NCBI RefSeq assembly: GCF_009914755.1
Contig: NC_060926.1
DNA: 64,000 nucleotides
Source of the DNA: the human T2T-CHM13v2.0 reference genome, Homo sapiens
Reading direction: 5' to 3' (one strand)
Shown here: positions 17,001 through 30,874 of the stretch, one piece after another
Numbering within the stretch: position 1 is the first letter of the stretch
Layout: each line of letters starts with the position of its first letter
The notes under the pieces: generated by a model
Databases searched by the model: none
The model's input: only the letters and a program-made list of their open reading frames with translations
Told to the model about the DNA's origin: nothing
Position numbers and translations under genes: made by a program

Positions 17001-19758
17001 TGAAGCTGTCCTCATAGGCTTAACAGTGAATTCTGGACAGAACCATTTGCATTCCCATTATTCCTATAGATAGGATTTCTGACTTTAGAATTATAAGTCT
17101 TCTGTTTAAGAACTAATTTGCATCCCCATTGTTCTTATAGATAGGATCTCTGATGTTAGAATCATAAGGCTTTTGTTTAAGCAGTGCTTAACACATTTTT
17201 AAGATACTGAATCCCAGCAGAATGGCTGATGCCAACCAGTTCAAAGAACCCCCACAAAGGAACTGCATCAGAATGAGAACAGTTTCTTCATCTCCCTATC
17301 TGTATTAGTCCATTATCACACTGAAGATATACTCAAGACTGGGTAATTTATAAAGGAAAGAGGTTTAATTGACTCATAGGTCCACAGGACTAGGGAAACC
17401 TCCGGAAACTTACAATCGTGGCAGAAGGGGAAGAGAACACATCCTACCTCACATGGTGGCAGGAGAGAAAGGTGCTGAGTAAAGTGGGAAGAGCCTCTTA
17501 TAAAACCACCAAATCTTGTGAGAACTCACTCACTATTATGAGAACAGCAGCATGGGGGTAACTGCCCCATGATTCAATTACCTCCCACTGGGTCCTTCCC
17601 ATGACAAAAAAGGATTATGGGAACTACAATTCAAGATGAGATTTGGGTGGGGACACAGCCAAACTATATCATTCCACCCCAGGCCCCTCCCAGATCTCAT
17701 GTCTTCACATTTTAAAACACAATCATGCCCTTCCAACAGCATTAACCCAAAGGTCCAAGTTCAAAGTCTCATCTGAGACAAGGTAATTCCCTTCCACCTA
17801 TAAGCCTATAAAATAAAAAACAAGTTAGTTACTTCCTAAATACAATGGAAGTACAGGCATTGGGTAAATACACCCATTCCAAATGGGAGAGATCGGCCAA
17901 AACAAAAGGGCTACAGGCTCCATGCATATCTGAAATCCGATGAGGCAGTAAGTAAATCTTAAAGCTCCAAAATAATCTCCTTTGACTCCACGTCTCACCT
18001 CCAGGTTATGTTGAAGTAAGAGGTGGGCTCCTACAGCCTTGGGCAGCTCCACCCCTGTGGCTTTTCAGGGTGCAGCCCCCCTCCCAGCTGCTTTCACAGG
18101 TTGGCATTGAGTGTCTTTGGATTTTCCAGGCACACGGTGCAAGCTGTCAGTGAATCTACCATTCTGGGGTTTGGAGGACTGTGGCCCTCCTCACAGCTCC
18201 ACTAGGCAGTGCCCCAGTGGGGACTCTGTGTGGGGGCTCCAATGCCATATTTCCCTTCTGCACTGTCCTAGCAGAGGTTTTCCATGAGGGCTCTGCCCCT
18301 GCAGCAAACTTCTGCCTGGACATTCCAGGCATTTTCATAAAACTCTGAAATCTAGGCAGAGGTTCTCAAGCCTTAATTCTTGGCTTCTGTGCACCTGCAG
18401 GCTCAACATCACATGGAAGCTGCTAAGGCTTGGGGTTTGTATCCTTTAAGCCATGGCCAGGAGTGTACCTTGGCCCCTTTTAGCAATGGCTGGGGTGGGT
18501 GGGACATAGGACAAGTCCCTAGGCTGCACACAGCAGGGGGAGCCCTGGGCCCTGCCTACAAAACCATGTTTTCCTTCTAGGCCTCTGGGCCTGTGATGGA
18601 AGGGGCTGCCATGAAGGTCTCTGAAATGCCCTGGAGACATTTTCCCCATTATCTTGGTGATTAACATTCTGCTCCTTTTTACTTTTGCAAATTTCTGCAT
18701 CAGGCTTGAATTTCTCCCAGGAAAATGGGCTTTCCTTTTCTATTGCATCATCGGGCTGCAAATTTTCCAAACTTTTATGCTCTGCTTCCTCTTGAACACT
18801 TTATTGTTTAGAAATTTCATCTGCCAGATACCCTAAATCATCTCTCTCAAGTTCAAAGTTCCACAGATCTCTAGGGCAAGGGCAAAATGCTGCCAGTCTC
18901 TTTGCATTGCAAGAGCAACCTTTCCTCCAGTTCCCAACAAGTTTCTTATCTCCATCTGAGACCACCTCAGCCTGGACTTTATTATCCATATCACTATCAG
19001 CATTTTGGTCAAAGCAATTCAATAAGTATCTAGGAAGTTTCGAACTTTCCCACATCTTCCTGTCTTCTTCTGAGCCCTCCAAATTGTTCCAGCCTCTGCC
19101 TGTTACCCAGTTCCAAATTTGCTTCCACATTTTTAGGTATCTTTACAGCAGCACTCCACTCTCCAGTACCAATTTATTGTGTTAGTCCATTCTCACACTG
19201 CTATGAGGAAATACCCAAGAATGGATCACATAAGAAGGAAAGAGGTTTAATTGACTCACAGTTCCACAGGGCTGGGGAGGCCTCAGGAAACCTACAATCT
19301 TGGCAGAAGGGAAAGCAAACACATCCTTCTTCACATGGCAACAGGAGAGAAAAGTGTCAAGCAAAGGGAGAAAATCCTCTTATAAAACCATTAGATGTCA
19401 TGAGAACTTACTCACTACCATGAGAACAACATGGAGTAGGGTAACCACCCCCATGATTCAGTTACCTCCCACTGCATCCCTCCTATTACATGTGGGGATT
19501 TGGTGGGGACACAGCCAAACCGTATCACTATCCCATGACTTCACCCTGCACTCTGATCAATCAATGATCTCCACACTTTGGCCCACTCCAAAACCCTTGT
19601 AATCTCTAGCCCCAAACTCCTCTAGGAGACAGATTTGAGGTTTCCTCCCATCTCCTCATTCAGTGGCCCTACAATTAAACCTCTTTCTCTGCTGCAAACT
19701 GGTATCTAGGCATATTGACTTGCCATGCTCACTGGGCAAGGCATCTATTGTGCTTACA
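17001..19758 (+). mobile_element. ERV1 solo LTR (LTR26/LTR8-like) split by a THE1 provirus
   Basis: TGAAGCTGTCC...GCTTACA termini, perfect 4-bp TSD GTAC (16997-17000, 19759-19762), and an ATTAAA signal near 19674. LTR halves are 17001-17300 and 19528-19758. Confidence 0.78.
17301..19527 (-). mobile_element. Full-length THE1 (THE1D-like) MaLR provirus: LTR-internal-LTR
   Basis: LTRs at 17301-17671 and 19178-19527 flank a ~1.5 kb internal region with a fragmented MaLR ORF (e.g. 18801-19130, WVTGRGWNNLEGSEEDRKMWE). Perfect 5-bp TSD CTATC (17296-17300, 19528-19532). Confidence 0.95.
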
Positions 19759-21049
19759 GTACTTACCATATGCAGAACATTTTCTATAATTACCACATGC
19801 AATTCAATAGGAAAACTAAATATTATAGTAGTTCAAATCATTTCTTAAAATTCAAGGTAAACTGCAATCATCATTGTCCTAAATTTTTAATCTTTTACCC
19901 CCATCTATCAACCCTGAACAACAGACAGCAATATCCAGAACTAACCTGCATTAATATTGGTTGCTTCTGACTGTGTTTTTGCTTTTACGTTGCAAAATAA
20001 AATTGCTTCTGTAGTGGATAATCACCTCGAGTAGTCTTTATTAATATTATCAGTAAATTATTTATTTTTATTTCAAAGTAACTTATTTTTGCACCTAGTA
20101 GTCTCCTAATAAAAATATGAGCATTACCTGATTAATTCATCCAAGCAAAATATGATCTGATCAGCTGTATTCCAGATGCATTTATATGGTATGAGAAAAT
20201 CTGAATTTGAAGGATATTCACTAGGTGACATTTGACTTTGCAGCATTTATATGTCTTATTGATAAGGCACTGATGATTAGGGTTGCTTTATGACCTAGTT
20301 ATATTTTAGAAAGAGATAACATTATTAAAAGAAAAGAAAAAAATGATCAAAGGTCAGGGTTTTGGGTGTGGGTGAATGTGGTAGATTAATTCTCAAGCAA
20401 TTACCCTAATTCATTTCACACTTATTATACTGAAAATATATTGAATAAGTACTTTTAGAACATCCATGACATACTTCAGTATCCCTGAAACTACAAATGG
20501 TGAAAAACTTTCAGATCACTCATGGTTTTGTTATTTAAGCTTTGTGAAACTCAAAGATTTATAAAAATGTCGTTAATGGATTTCTTTTCATCAGAATTAC
20601 ATGTCTAATATTGTATTCTAAATTACAGTTCTCCATTACAATGAGGTTTTAGCTCTAAGTGCTATTTCATAATTATGAGTTGTTTTTCATGAACTCCTAT
20701 GTAAATTTTTTAAAATGACTGAGACAAATTCATTTTCCAGGAATTTGTATTTATTTTTGTTAATTTCAATATACAGGAAACGTTTTATAGAAAATTTTTA
20801 TGTCAGTAGAAAAACTAAGAGAATTATGATTCAGGAACATTAGCAATCACTAAAAAAATTTTTTTTAGGCTTTACAGTAAGATATAACTCTCCTTTCTAT
20901 TGATTTTTAAATTTTCATATAAAACAGAAAATGAAGAAATGCGTGGTTGAATTGTGAAGGGAGAAGTCATAATTTTGGCATTCAGGATGGCTAATTAATG
21001 ACTGGTTAGATATATGAAGGATTTTGAGCATATAAACACTAAACATGGG

Positions 21050-21410
21050 CTCTACTGATCTGTATTCAAGTTCACTGATTCTGCCATTTCACATCTGGTG
21101 AAATTTTCATTTGCTAATTGCCATTCTTAGCTCTAAGATGTCTATTTGGTTTTTAGTTTCCATTTATGTAGTGAGAGTCTATGCTTCTTTACTCACTATT
21201 TGGACATTTGTCTTTAATTCTTTGAACATATTTAAAATATCTGTTTTGATGCTTTTGCCTGCTTAATCTAACATCTGAGCCCACAAGAAATCTGTTTCTA
21301 TTGATTACATTTCGTTTCTTGGGTATGGATTGCATTTTTCTATTTCTTTGCCTTTCTAGTAGTTTTTGGTTAAAAATTAGAAATTGTAGATATTTTGCTG
21401 TAGCAACTCT
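21050..21410 (-). mobile_element. Old L1M ORF1-region fragment
   Basis: caagttcactgattct...ttctttgaacatattt...aacatctgagcccac...tctgtttctattga is typical of antisense old-L1 ORF1. Confidence 0.7.
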
Positions 21411-23852
21411 ATGTGGTAAAATTCTTACTGCTAACATTTGATTGTCTTGAAATAACTTACATTATGCAAGCTATGAAAAGGACATTGGGTATGAGGCTTG
21501 GAGCAGAACAAAAAACTTAGAATTCAGGAGGCAATAAATTAAGATCCAGGGAATTGGGTAAAATTGGACAACTGTGCTGCTTCTGAGAAATAATACAGCA
21601 CAGTATTAAAGAGTGGAAACTATAGTAATGTAACTCTTCAAATTTCTGCTCCAGCATCTACAAGTCATGTCATCTAGGATTCCAAGCTTGATTTTTTTTC
21701 ATCCATAAAACCATGTAACACTTTTAAGCATATTTGAGTATTCAATACATCTTGGCTTTTCCTACCATTATTATTATTTTTGTTTCCATTAAAACACCAC
21801 AGAAATACTAAGGGACAATTAAATGAGTAGATATTTTCAGTAAAATAAATATAAAATCATGGTTCTTGGATCAATTCATTATTGCAACTACCCAGATCAA
21901 AGGTTATTCATTAGAATCATGGACTGGAGGCTTTCTGGTTTGCTGGAAAGCCCCAAGTAGAGACTTTGTCCAGGGACTTACAGGCATGGACATTGATTTC
22001 TCTTTCCAGGTGAGAATGTGACCTTGTTGGTGCTGTGTTTGGCTCAGGAACTGGGCAAGCCTCAAATGAATAAATACTTATCTTTCTTTTAAAAATAATT
22101 ATGGAAGCTTTGTGTTGCCAACCAATTTCTTCTTATATTTGTCAAGATCCTGACTTACTCTAGGTGTCATTGGCAGCCACTTCCCACCCATTAAGCACTG
22201 TGAGGATCAATGAACCATTGTTCATTGCACCAAGAAGTGAAGCTTTTTATGGCCCCTGGATTTTGTAATATTTGGTATCTTACTCTGTGTGTGCTCTCTT
22301 CTCACTAACACAGAATCCATGTGGAAAAAAATGGACACTGTTGGTTTTTTTAGCTATCCAATGATAAAATTTATATCATTAAAAATATGTGAAATTCCTG
22401 CAGTCATGACCCACTTGGCAGTAATATAGTGTTCAGAGTAGGCTCTTTAGAGTCTGTAAATGTGTATCTCCAAACGTAAATGTTTATTTGTATAAATACA
22501 TACCTGTGGGCTTATATGAATGTGGTCAAAACATTTCATTATTCTGCTTTCCAGAAAACACTAGGTGTTATTTCAGTTTTTAGATTTATCTCATAAAACT
22601 GTCAGTGCTTTCCATATAATTGGTAATTAACTCTACCTTCCTCTGGTAAGCATTTAAGGCCACAATCATGATGATACATTTACTTATATAATTATGCCTC
22701 AATATACAAATGGAAGAATGGTTCTAAATTTACTTAAGCAAATAATATAATTGGCTGCAAACGCTATAAAGCAGAGTCAAACACCAAAATTAACAGATAT
22801 GTAAGAATTGAAGGAAAGTTAATGGGCACACTTTTGTCAGAAATAAAACACAAACTCAAGATAGTATTTGTTAGTCAATGTGCTACTTCTGTGAGGGATG
22901 GTTGCCAGTTGGCAAATTTTACTCCTTTTGCATACAAAAGCAACTACTGTAAATTTTTCAAATTGTATAAAGTTATCAGGAAAGACAATTATTAAAAGAT
23001 TAATGCTGATGTCATTGATGCTAAATGCAACATATATTTGAACAGTAGTAAGAATGAATGCTCATTGAAAGATTCAGACGTTACACATAATATTCACTAT
23101 ACATTTAAATATATGTGTGTATGTTTAGGCGTCTGTGTGTTTGTTTATGTAGACTCTAATGATAGCTTGGACACTAATTAATATAAAAATATAAAAACTG
23201 CTCTAATCCCTTCCTCCTTCCCTCTCTACTTTAATCATTTAATGTCTTACCATATTCTGTTATCCATAATAAAATCCTTCCCTGAGTACTGGAATCCATA
23301 TAAAGTATGGTTACCAAAGATAAAGTGGACATCAAAGTTATTGATAAGAATAAAATTTGAATCATGTTCCCATCACTTATTATCTGAGTAACATCAAACT
23401 AGTTACTAAAACCCCCAAGCATCAGTTTTTTTTATCAGTAAATTGGGATAAAAATACATGTTTATATATATATAAAACATATATACATGTTTATATATGT
23501 ATAAAAATACATGTTTACATATGCACAAAATACATGTTTATATGTATTCTTAATACATATAAGATGGGAAATATATGGCAAGTCCATGGATCAATGCCTG
23601 GAACATATAAAGATTTCAATAACAGGTAGTTATTATGGTTGATGTTTATTAGTTCCAGAAAACATCACCTCAGTGCTAAATTATTCCTTACTTCATGTTT
23701 TTGTTTTGTTTTCATCTGATTCATAAAACTTTTTAAATAAATTTTTTCATTATTTTTAAGAATAAACACACTAATAGGCTCACAAAACTCAATACGTCCT
23801 TTTTGGTTGAGTAAAGGCAAATAATTTTGACGATTGAAAGAATCATAGAAAT

Positions 23853-24082
<230 letters not shown>

Positions 24083-25124
24083 AGAATCATAGAAATGATC
24101 TATTTTTTTTCTCTCTTTTTCAGATGGTATGGGAGATTTTAGATTCAAGTGACTTGCTCAAAGGGACGTTTTTTGTGATAAACCATAACAGTAGATTCCA
24201 GGTTATCTGATCCTTGGACATTGCTATTTCTACTCTTATACATAACTTTATATTCTGTATAAACGTATGAAATTATATATGTACATCTTTATTTTTATAG
24301 TTATAATTTAAGCGGCAAATGATGTTTTCTACAAATAAATCTGCCTCAAAGAAATTAAAACACACTTTCTATTTACTGTAAAAATTCAAAAGTATCTGTT
24401 TACTTCATATTAGACCTTTGAAAACTGTATCCAAGACAGGGAAGGATCCGATTCCACCTGTAAGACAAATTCCTTTGCCATCATTACTCATCTACTGACT
24501 TCTCGCTCTATGGTTATGGAAGGATGATCTTATTATGGGGAAGTGAGAAAATTGCCATCTGCTCAGTTTTTTTTTTTTTTTTTCAAGAAAAGGCACAACC
24601 CTTTCTTTTCTGTTTATGATGGTTTTAGCTATCATTAATTTTTACTGACTGTTTCTAAGTTTAAACACCTAATTCTGCACATATCAAGAAAGTAAGGCAC
24701 CCACTATTTTAAAATATTATCTTAGAAGTTTTAAATGAGTAACACTAAAATTTTACACATTTAATATTAATTAATGGAAGATTTTTTTCTCCTGTGAAAA
24801 GAGTATACACTCAATACACAGACTATTGAGTGTGTGTGGTGTGTGTATTTTCTCTACTCCAATAAGAGATTGCTATATTATCTTATTTATTTTTATCACA
24901 ACTGGTCACTGGATCTACTTTTACAAACATACATTCATGCATACATTTTGCTCATCACAGGAAATAAATGCAAAAGACAAATGGATTAAAAACAATTGAA
25001 AGCAATAATATAAAAATCTATTAGACCAATGGGACAATTGTTCTTTGTTAAGACTTTCCTTTCACATGCCCCCTTTTATCCCTAATTCCATGGTAAAAAG
25101 TGAGGACTGACCAAGAAATCATTA

Positions 25125-25360
25125 GAATGGATTATAGTGTCAAGACCTAGAGTTGAACAGTCCTAGGTTCAAAGCACATCTTCATGCAAATATGAGTGAA
25201 CCTAAGTCTCTTAAAAGTACTGAGCCTCAGTTTCTTGATCTGTAAAAGGAGTTAAATAATATCTATTTCATAGAATTGTTGTGTGGGTCAATTAATTGAT
25301 ATATACTACTGAATACAATTTATAGGACACAGTATATTCTCAATAAATATTACTCTTATT
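25125..25360 (+). mobile_element. MIR, near full length
   Basis: cctaggttcaaa...gagcctcagtttcttgatctgtaaaagga...ctcaataaatattac. Confidence 0.8.
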
Positions 25361-25647
25361 TTCTTCTAAAATATATCATCACACCTTCCTTTATAATGTT
25401 ATATTGCAGACTGAATAAGTTTTCAATTCCTTTAGCCTTCACCTATAAAATCAATTTATCATTTGATAATATTTTTTATGGTGAATATGTTCAAATGTGG
25501 GTTAGTCGGTTAAAAAGTCACATTGTAGATAGTCAATTGTAATTTTAATTAACTTATGTTAATATTGAATCCTATGTTAATGAATACTCTACACAGCTTG
25601 GAGCTTCCAAAATATTTTAGAATTCTAGTAAGAAAGTAACATGTATG

Positions 25648-26092
<445 letters not shown>

Positions 26093-26309
26093 CTAAGTAC
26101 TCAAAGATACCTGTTGAATATGTTATTTTAATCACAGAAGTGTGAATCATGATGCAGGATCTAGGAGTATAAATAAGGCAAAGGGGCAACTATTTCCAGG
26201 AGAAAAGCTAGAGAAATTTTCATAATAAAACTCATTCTAAAATCATAAATTTTAAGGAAGCAAAGTTTGAAGATTATCAACTCCAACCCACTAATTTTTG
26301 ATGAGCTTT

Positions 26310-27260
26310 CATTTTAGTATTAATATAATTTCAAATTAGAGAAAAGATTACAAGAATTTATGCTAACTCCCATATATTCCTTACCGAAATTACGTTTTGT
26401 CTCATTTGCTTTATCATTGTTGATAAGAATAATGTGAGAATAAGTTAGAGATATTGCACTTCTTTACATCATAGTTCATGTGTATCTCCTAAGAAGAGGA
26501 GTATTATCTATGTAACCATAGTATTATTATCAAAAGTGGGAAATTTAACATTGAAGCAACTACTACCTGGTATATAGTCTGTGCCCAATTACATCAACAG
26601 TCTCAATAGTGGCTTTATAGCTGTTTCATTCCTACTCCTGGATCCAATCCAGAATCATACATTATATTTAAGTTATAATGTTTCTTCAGTTTTTTTTTAA
26701 TTTAGAAAAGATCCATCTTTGTTTCTAAACCATATTTTTTTTTTGCTTTTTAGAACTACAAGTTGGTTATATAAGTCGATAACCTTGATTTGGTTTTTCT
26801 CTGATGTTTCCTTGATAAAATTTAGGTTATCTATTTGGCTGGAACACCACAAAATGATATCTCCTCTCTGTGTTGTATCAGGAAGTACATGATGTCAGTT
26901 TATTCCAATACTATCTATGTTAATTTTGATAATATCTTTGCCCTCAAGTTTTGGTATCCATTGATAATTTTTAAACCTCATTTCCATATTATTTTTACTC
27001 TAAAGAATATAAGAACTTAGGCATGTTTACTTATTTATTTATTTCAGTATGGACTCCTGGGTTCTTATTTTATTGAATAAGCTATAGTTCTTTACTACTC
27101 TTATTTAATTTGATGCTCAAACTATTTTTATGTCTTTTTTATATGTTCCTATTATTCTTTGAGCATTGTTTTTTTTTTTCTGATTCAGCAAGACGTTCCA
27201 AGATAAATTACTTTATGTACCTCACCCCTGAAATCATCCTTTTATCTATTAGTGAAGAAT
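26310..27260 (-). mobile_element. L1MC4/5-like 3' region
   Basis: ggatccaatccagaatcatacatt and ggaaatttaacattga motifs of the antisense L1MC 3'UTR. Confidence 0.7.
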
Positions 27261-30200
27261 GCCAAACCACTTATTTTTAAATGAATGATGAGAAGAGAAA
27301 TATATGTGAAGGACCCTTTTTAACAAAAAATTATTAAAAATAATATCTTTCCAATTGTAAGTTTTATATATATATATATATATACACACACATACACACG
27401 TATATATGTATATCTTATATTCTTTCTTCTTTCAAGCTCATTCCTTTCTCTGCTTTTTCTCTCCTTTCTGACCCCTATTCCAACTCCTGGATTATGGAAA
27501 TAATAAGATTAAACCTTTACCAAAGATAAACAAACAAAGCTTTTGTTTTCCTCCTTGTACAAATCTCCAAGGGAAGAAATCTTTACATGCCTAGCTACCT
27601 GCTTAGCATTTTTATGTGTTTTAGAGGTGAGGGAGTAGAAAAATAATACACATAAATTAATGCACCAATAAACTATCTTGCCCCAGCTCTTTTTCTTCTA
27701 TCAAGATATCATTTTTGCTCGCTGTTTTGATAAATATACAACATATTGCTGCATATTTGTATGCGATTAGAAACATCAGATTCAGCAGGGGTCGACTCTG
27801 TGTAAAATTGCTTTCCTGCTGCTCTGAGTTTTTGTTGTGAAAAAAAGCCAATGAGTAAATCAATTCATTCTAAGTATCTATGAATTTAAAATGTTCACCC
27901 TTTTCAGGAAATGGACTTGCACAATGAAAGAGGGTAATGCTTAACTTTAAGAAATGAAACTCTAATTGTGGATATCTGGGGAAACATTGTTTGGAGAAAG
28001 CTCAGGACTATTAGAGAAATAAAACCTTTTTTAAAAGATCAGAAGTCTCAACACATCCACCTATTTTTTAAGTAGGCCTGAGTCTCAAGGACTAAGTAGC
28101 ATTTATGAAATGGGAATTGTTTAATTAACACAATTTAGGACAGATAATTATGCTCTGCTGAGTTATAAAGACAGAAGATAGAGGTTTGTGGACAGGAATT
28201 CAACCCATCTGGAGGGTATTCCCAGAGCCAGTGCTGAATGATGAATGGGGATTCCCATTTGGACAATTTTTGCTTTCAGGTGGCAAAGTGAGTCTTCTCT
28301 TTGCACTAGGGGTTTAGAACCTGGAATTGTGGCAAGGCATGAAACTCCTTCTGTTCATGTGGAAACAGAGCTGGGAATTAACATTCATTTTGTAATTTCC
28401 TCAGAGATGAAGTAGGCTCAGTTATCTGCATGAAAGGTAGCTGTCTCTGGAAAAGCTAAAGATGTGATTTCTGCATTTCCTCACTTAATATGCACCAAGA
28501 AGTGGACATTGACCTTCAGAGAGTAGAGCTTTCATTTATTGGGTAATGAACCAATTTGCTGTCAAATTGTTTCATCAGATGCTATTAGTCACCTGGGATA
28601 CAGTGGATAAGGATTTTAATTTTATTATTTTCAAGGGACAAGACTTTTGGGACTGAGCTTAATTTAGGAAGACACAGTAGAGTATGCATTTTCTGTAGAT
28701 TTCTAAGAACGAGTATTTTAATTATTTTGAGATGATGAGTTATAAAAGGTCTGTGAGTTGATTTACTTTTTGTAAACCCTTTGGCTTGATAACAGGAGGT
28801 CAAATTCCAAATGATAATTTTACCTCTATGGCGGCTGGACTGTCAGAGAAACCTTGCAGTAGAAGCCTCTTCACAAAAAAAGAACAACTCACATCCATCG
28901 AACAACGCTTCAACTTAACCATTCAATTTTCTTTCCATTCAGGGTTCAGTTCAACTTAACTCATGGACAGCACCTTAGAGTCAGATACACTTACCTGAGT
29001 GGACTCAAAATTGGAGAAAATGTTGTTTCTACCTAAAAGAATTCCCTTGAGTCTGTATTCATCTAGACACAAGTTGATATTTCATTCAAATGACAGTAAA
29101 AAAGTCATTATCTATTTCAATCTGAACGCCAGCTATTGCATCTAAATATATGGTATCCAAGGCATTTAAATTTCTCCACAGTAAGCAACATGCATTAGCT
29201 ATGTGTTAGGATCTTACCTGAGAGTAAAACCTGTATTTTCTAATTCCATCAAAAATTAACTTAAAACTAATTAAGATAGAGTCATAGCCTGATTCTGTCT
29301 GCTGGATATTTTAATGTTTTCTTTATATCAAATTACAGCATCAGAGTGTTACAAACTCAAATCTTATTGGTTTAGATACCTTCCGAAGTACTCTCTTTGG
29401 CCTAATATCTATATAAATTTTAGTAGGACTGATATCAGAAAAGGTCTTATAAACATTTCTTCCACAATCCTACTATTCAAAATGTTGCCATTGTTGTTGG
29501 TAAAGATCTTCAAAATAAACTTTCATTATATTTAACATAAGAAAAAAGTTTTCAAAACTGTATTCTAATTAACTAAGATTAATTAGAAATCAGTAATATT
29601 GAAGTTTTCCATTTGTCTTCATTTTCAGAAAGCATGAGTAAAATAAATATTTAATCACTCATATTTTAATGTATCTTTTTTCATTCATTTATATTTATTC
29701 AATTTTGGTATTGTATGTTGTTCTTGACTTTATCTTTTTAAAAAATTATATAATAAATTTTGGAGATATGTAGGAGGTGTGTATTTTATAAAAATATGTT
29801 AATCAAAATAATATTAAGGTAAAACTACCATAATCTTTATTAAAAGTGAATAGCAAACATACAACTTAAGTGTTTTTTAAGCAAGGGAAGATAGAGGGAA
29901 TGGGTGGGAAGATTAATACAATTTCTTAGTCTATTTTTAGCTTTCCTTCTTCCCTCCTGTATAAAATTTAGCTATTTACAAACCTAAAATATTGATCAAG
30001 GAATAACTTCCAAGATGTGCTTAGGATTTACTCTTCACAGTTTATTACCGTGTTTGTCTGATAGCTAATATGGAAGACTAACGTTGCTTATAATGTAATA
30101 GTCATGAGTTCAGTTCTGGAATGGATCATTTATATTTGCTTTATTCCACCACCTCAAGCAGGCCCTATACCTTTAGCTAATATTTTGCAAATGTGCAAGT

Positions 30201-30874
30201 CAGATATTAGGTAGTAAAACAATTAAGTATTTAAATGTGCAGATCTAAAAAGTACTGGATATAAAACAATTATTTTAATGTGCAAATCTAAAAAAATACA
30301 AATAATATATTCTTATTTTAATGTAGTCAAAAATTTATGTCAGTGGTTAATTTTATCCAGAACTAGGATATCAATGTGTGGTAAAAATTAAAAATATAAG
30401 AGTAATGGAAAATATTTATCTGTCGTTGCTGATAATTGTTGGCTGACTGTAGAATCATATTCTTCCTGATAAGTAGTTAACAGGCTTAAAGCTACCATGT
30501 TAACATTGTAACACTGTACCTCTAAGTAGGATTACAAAATTTATATTGTATCTGCAGAAAATTTATGTAAACTGTTTTTCTTTCACCACTAAACAATGCA
30601 CAAGTAGTTTCCTTTTAGTATATTTTTGGTAATGTAAATATCTGGGAAAAGGAAAAGAATAATCCTTTATTCTCCAGCTTGCCTTTGTATAGCCCTTTCC
30701 TTCATATGTTTGCAGCCAAATTGTAGACACACAAAGTGGGGATGTGATACCCAGGCATTTAGGCTAAGTCTTTACTTTCAAAGCATTCACCAGGTGAACC
30801 TGACAGCTATACTTTCTGGAGTTCTTGGAACTCATGCCGACAAGAAGGTAGATGACATCAGAAAAAGAAATGTG

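Noticed and set aside
17825-19185. Cluster of ORFs up to 109 aa
   Set aside because: These are fragments of the decayed THE1 internal ORF, broken across frames.
28991-29045. Possible 38-nt minus-strand exon ending in CAG|GTAAGT
   Set aside because: The acceptor tract is weak, there are no partner exons, and similar donor 9-mers occur elsewhere by chance (e.g. ~7158).
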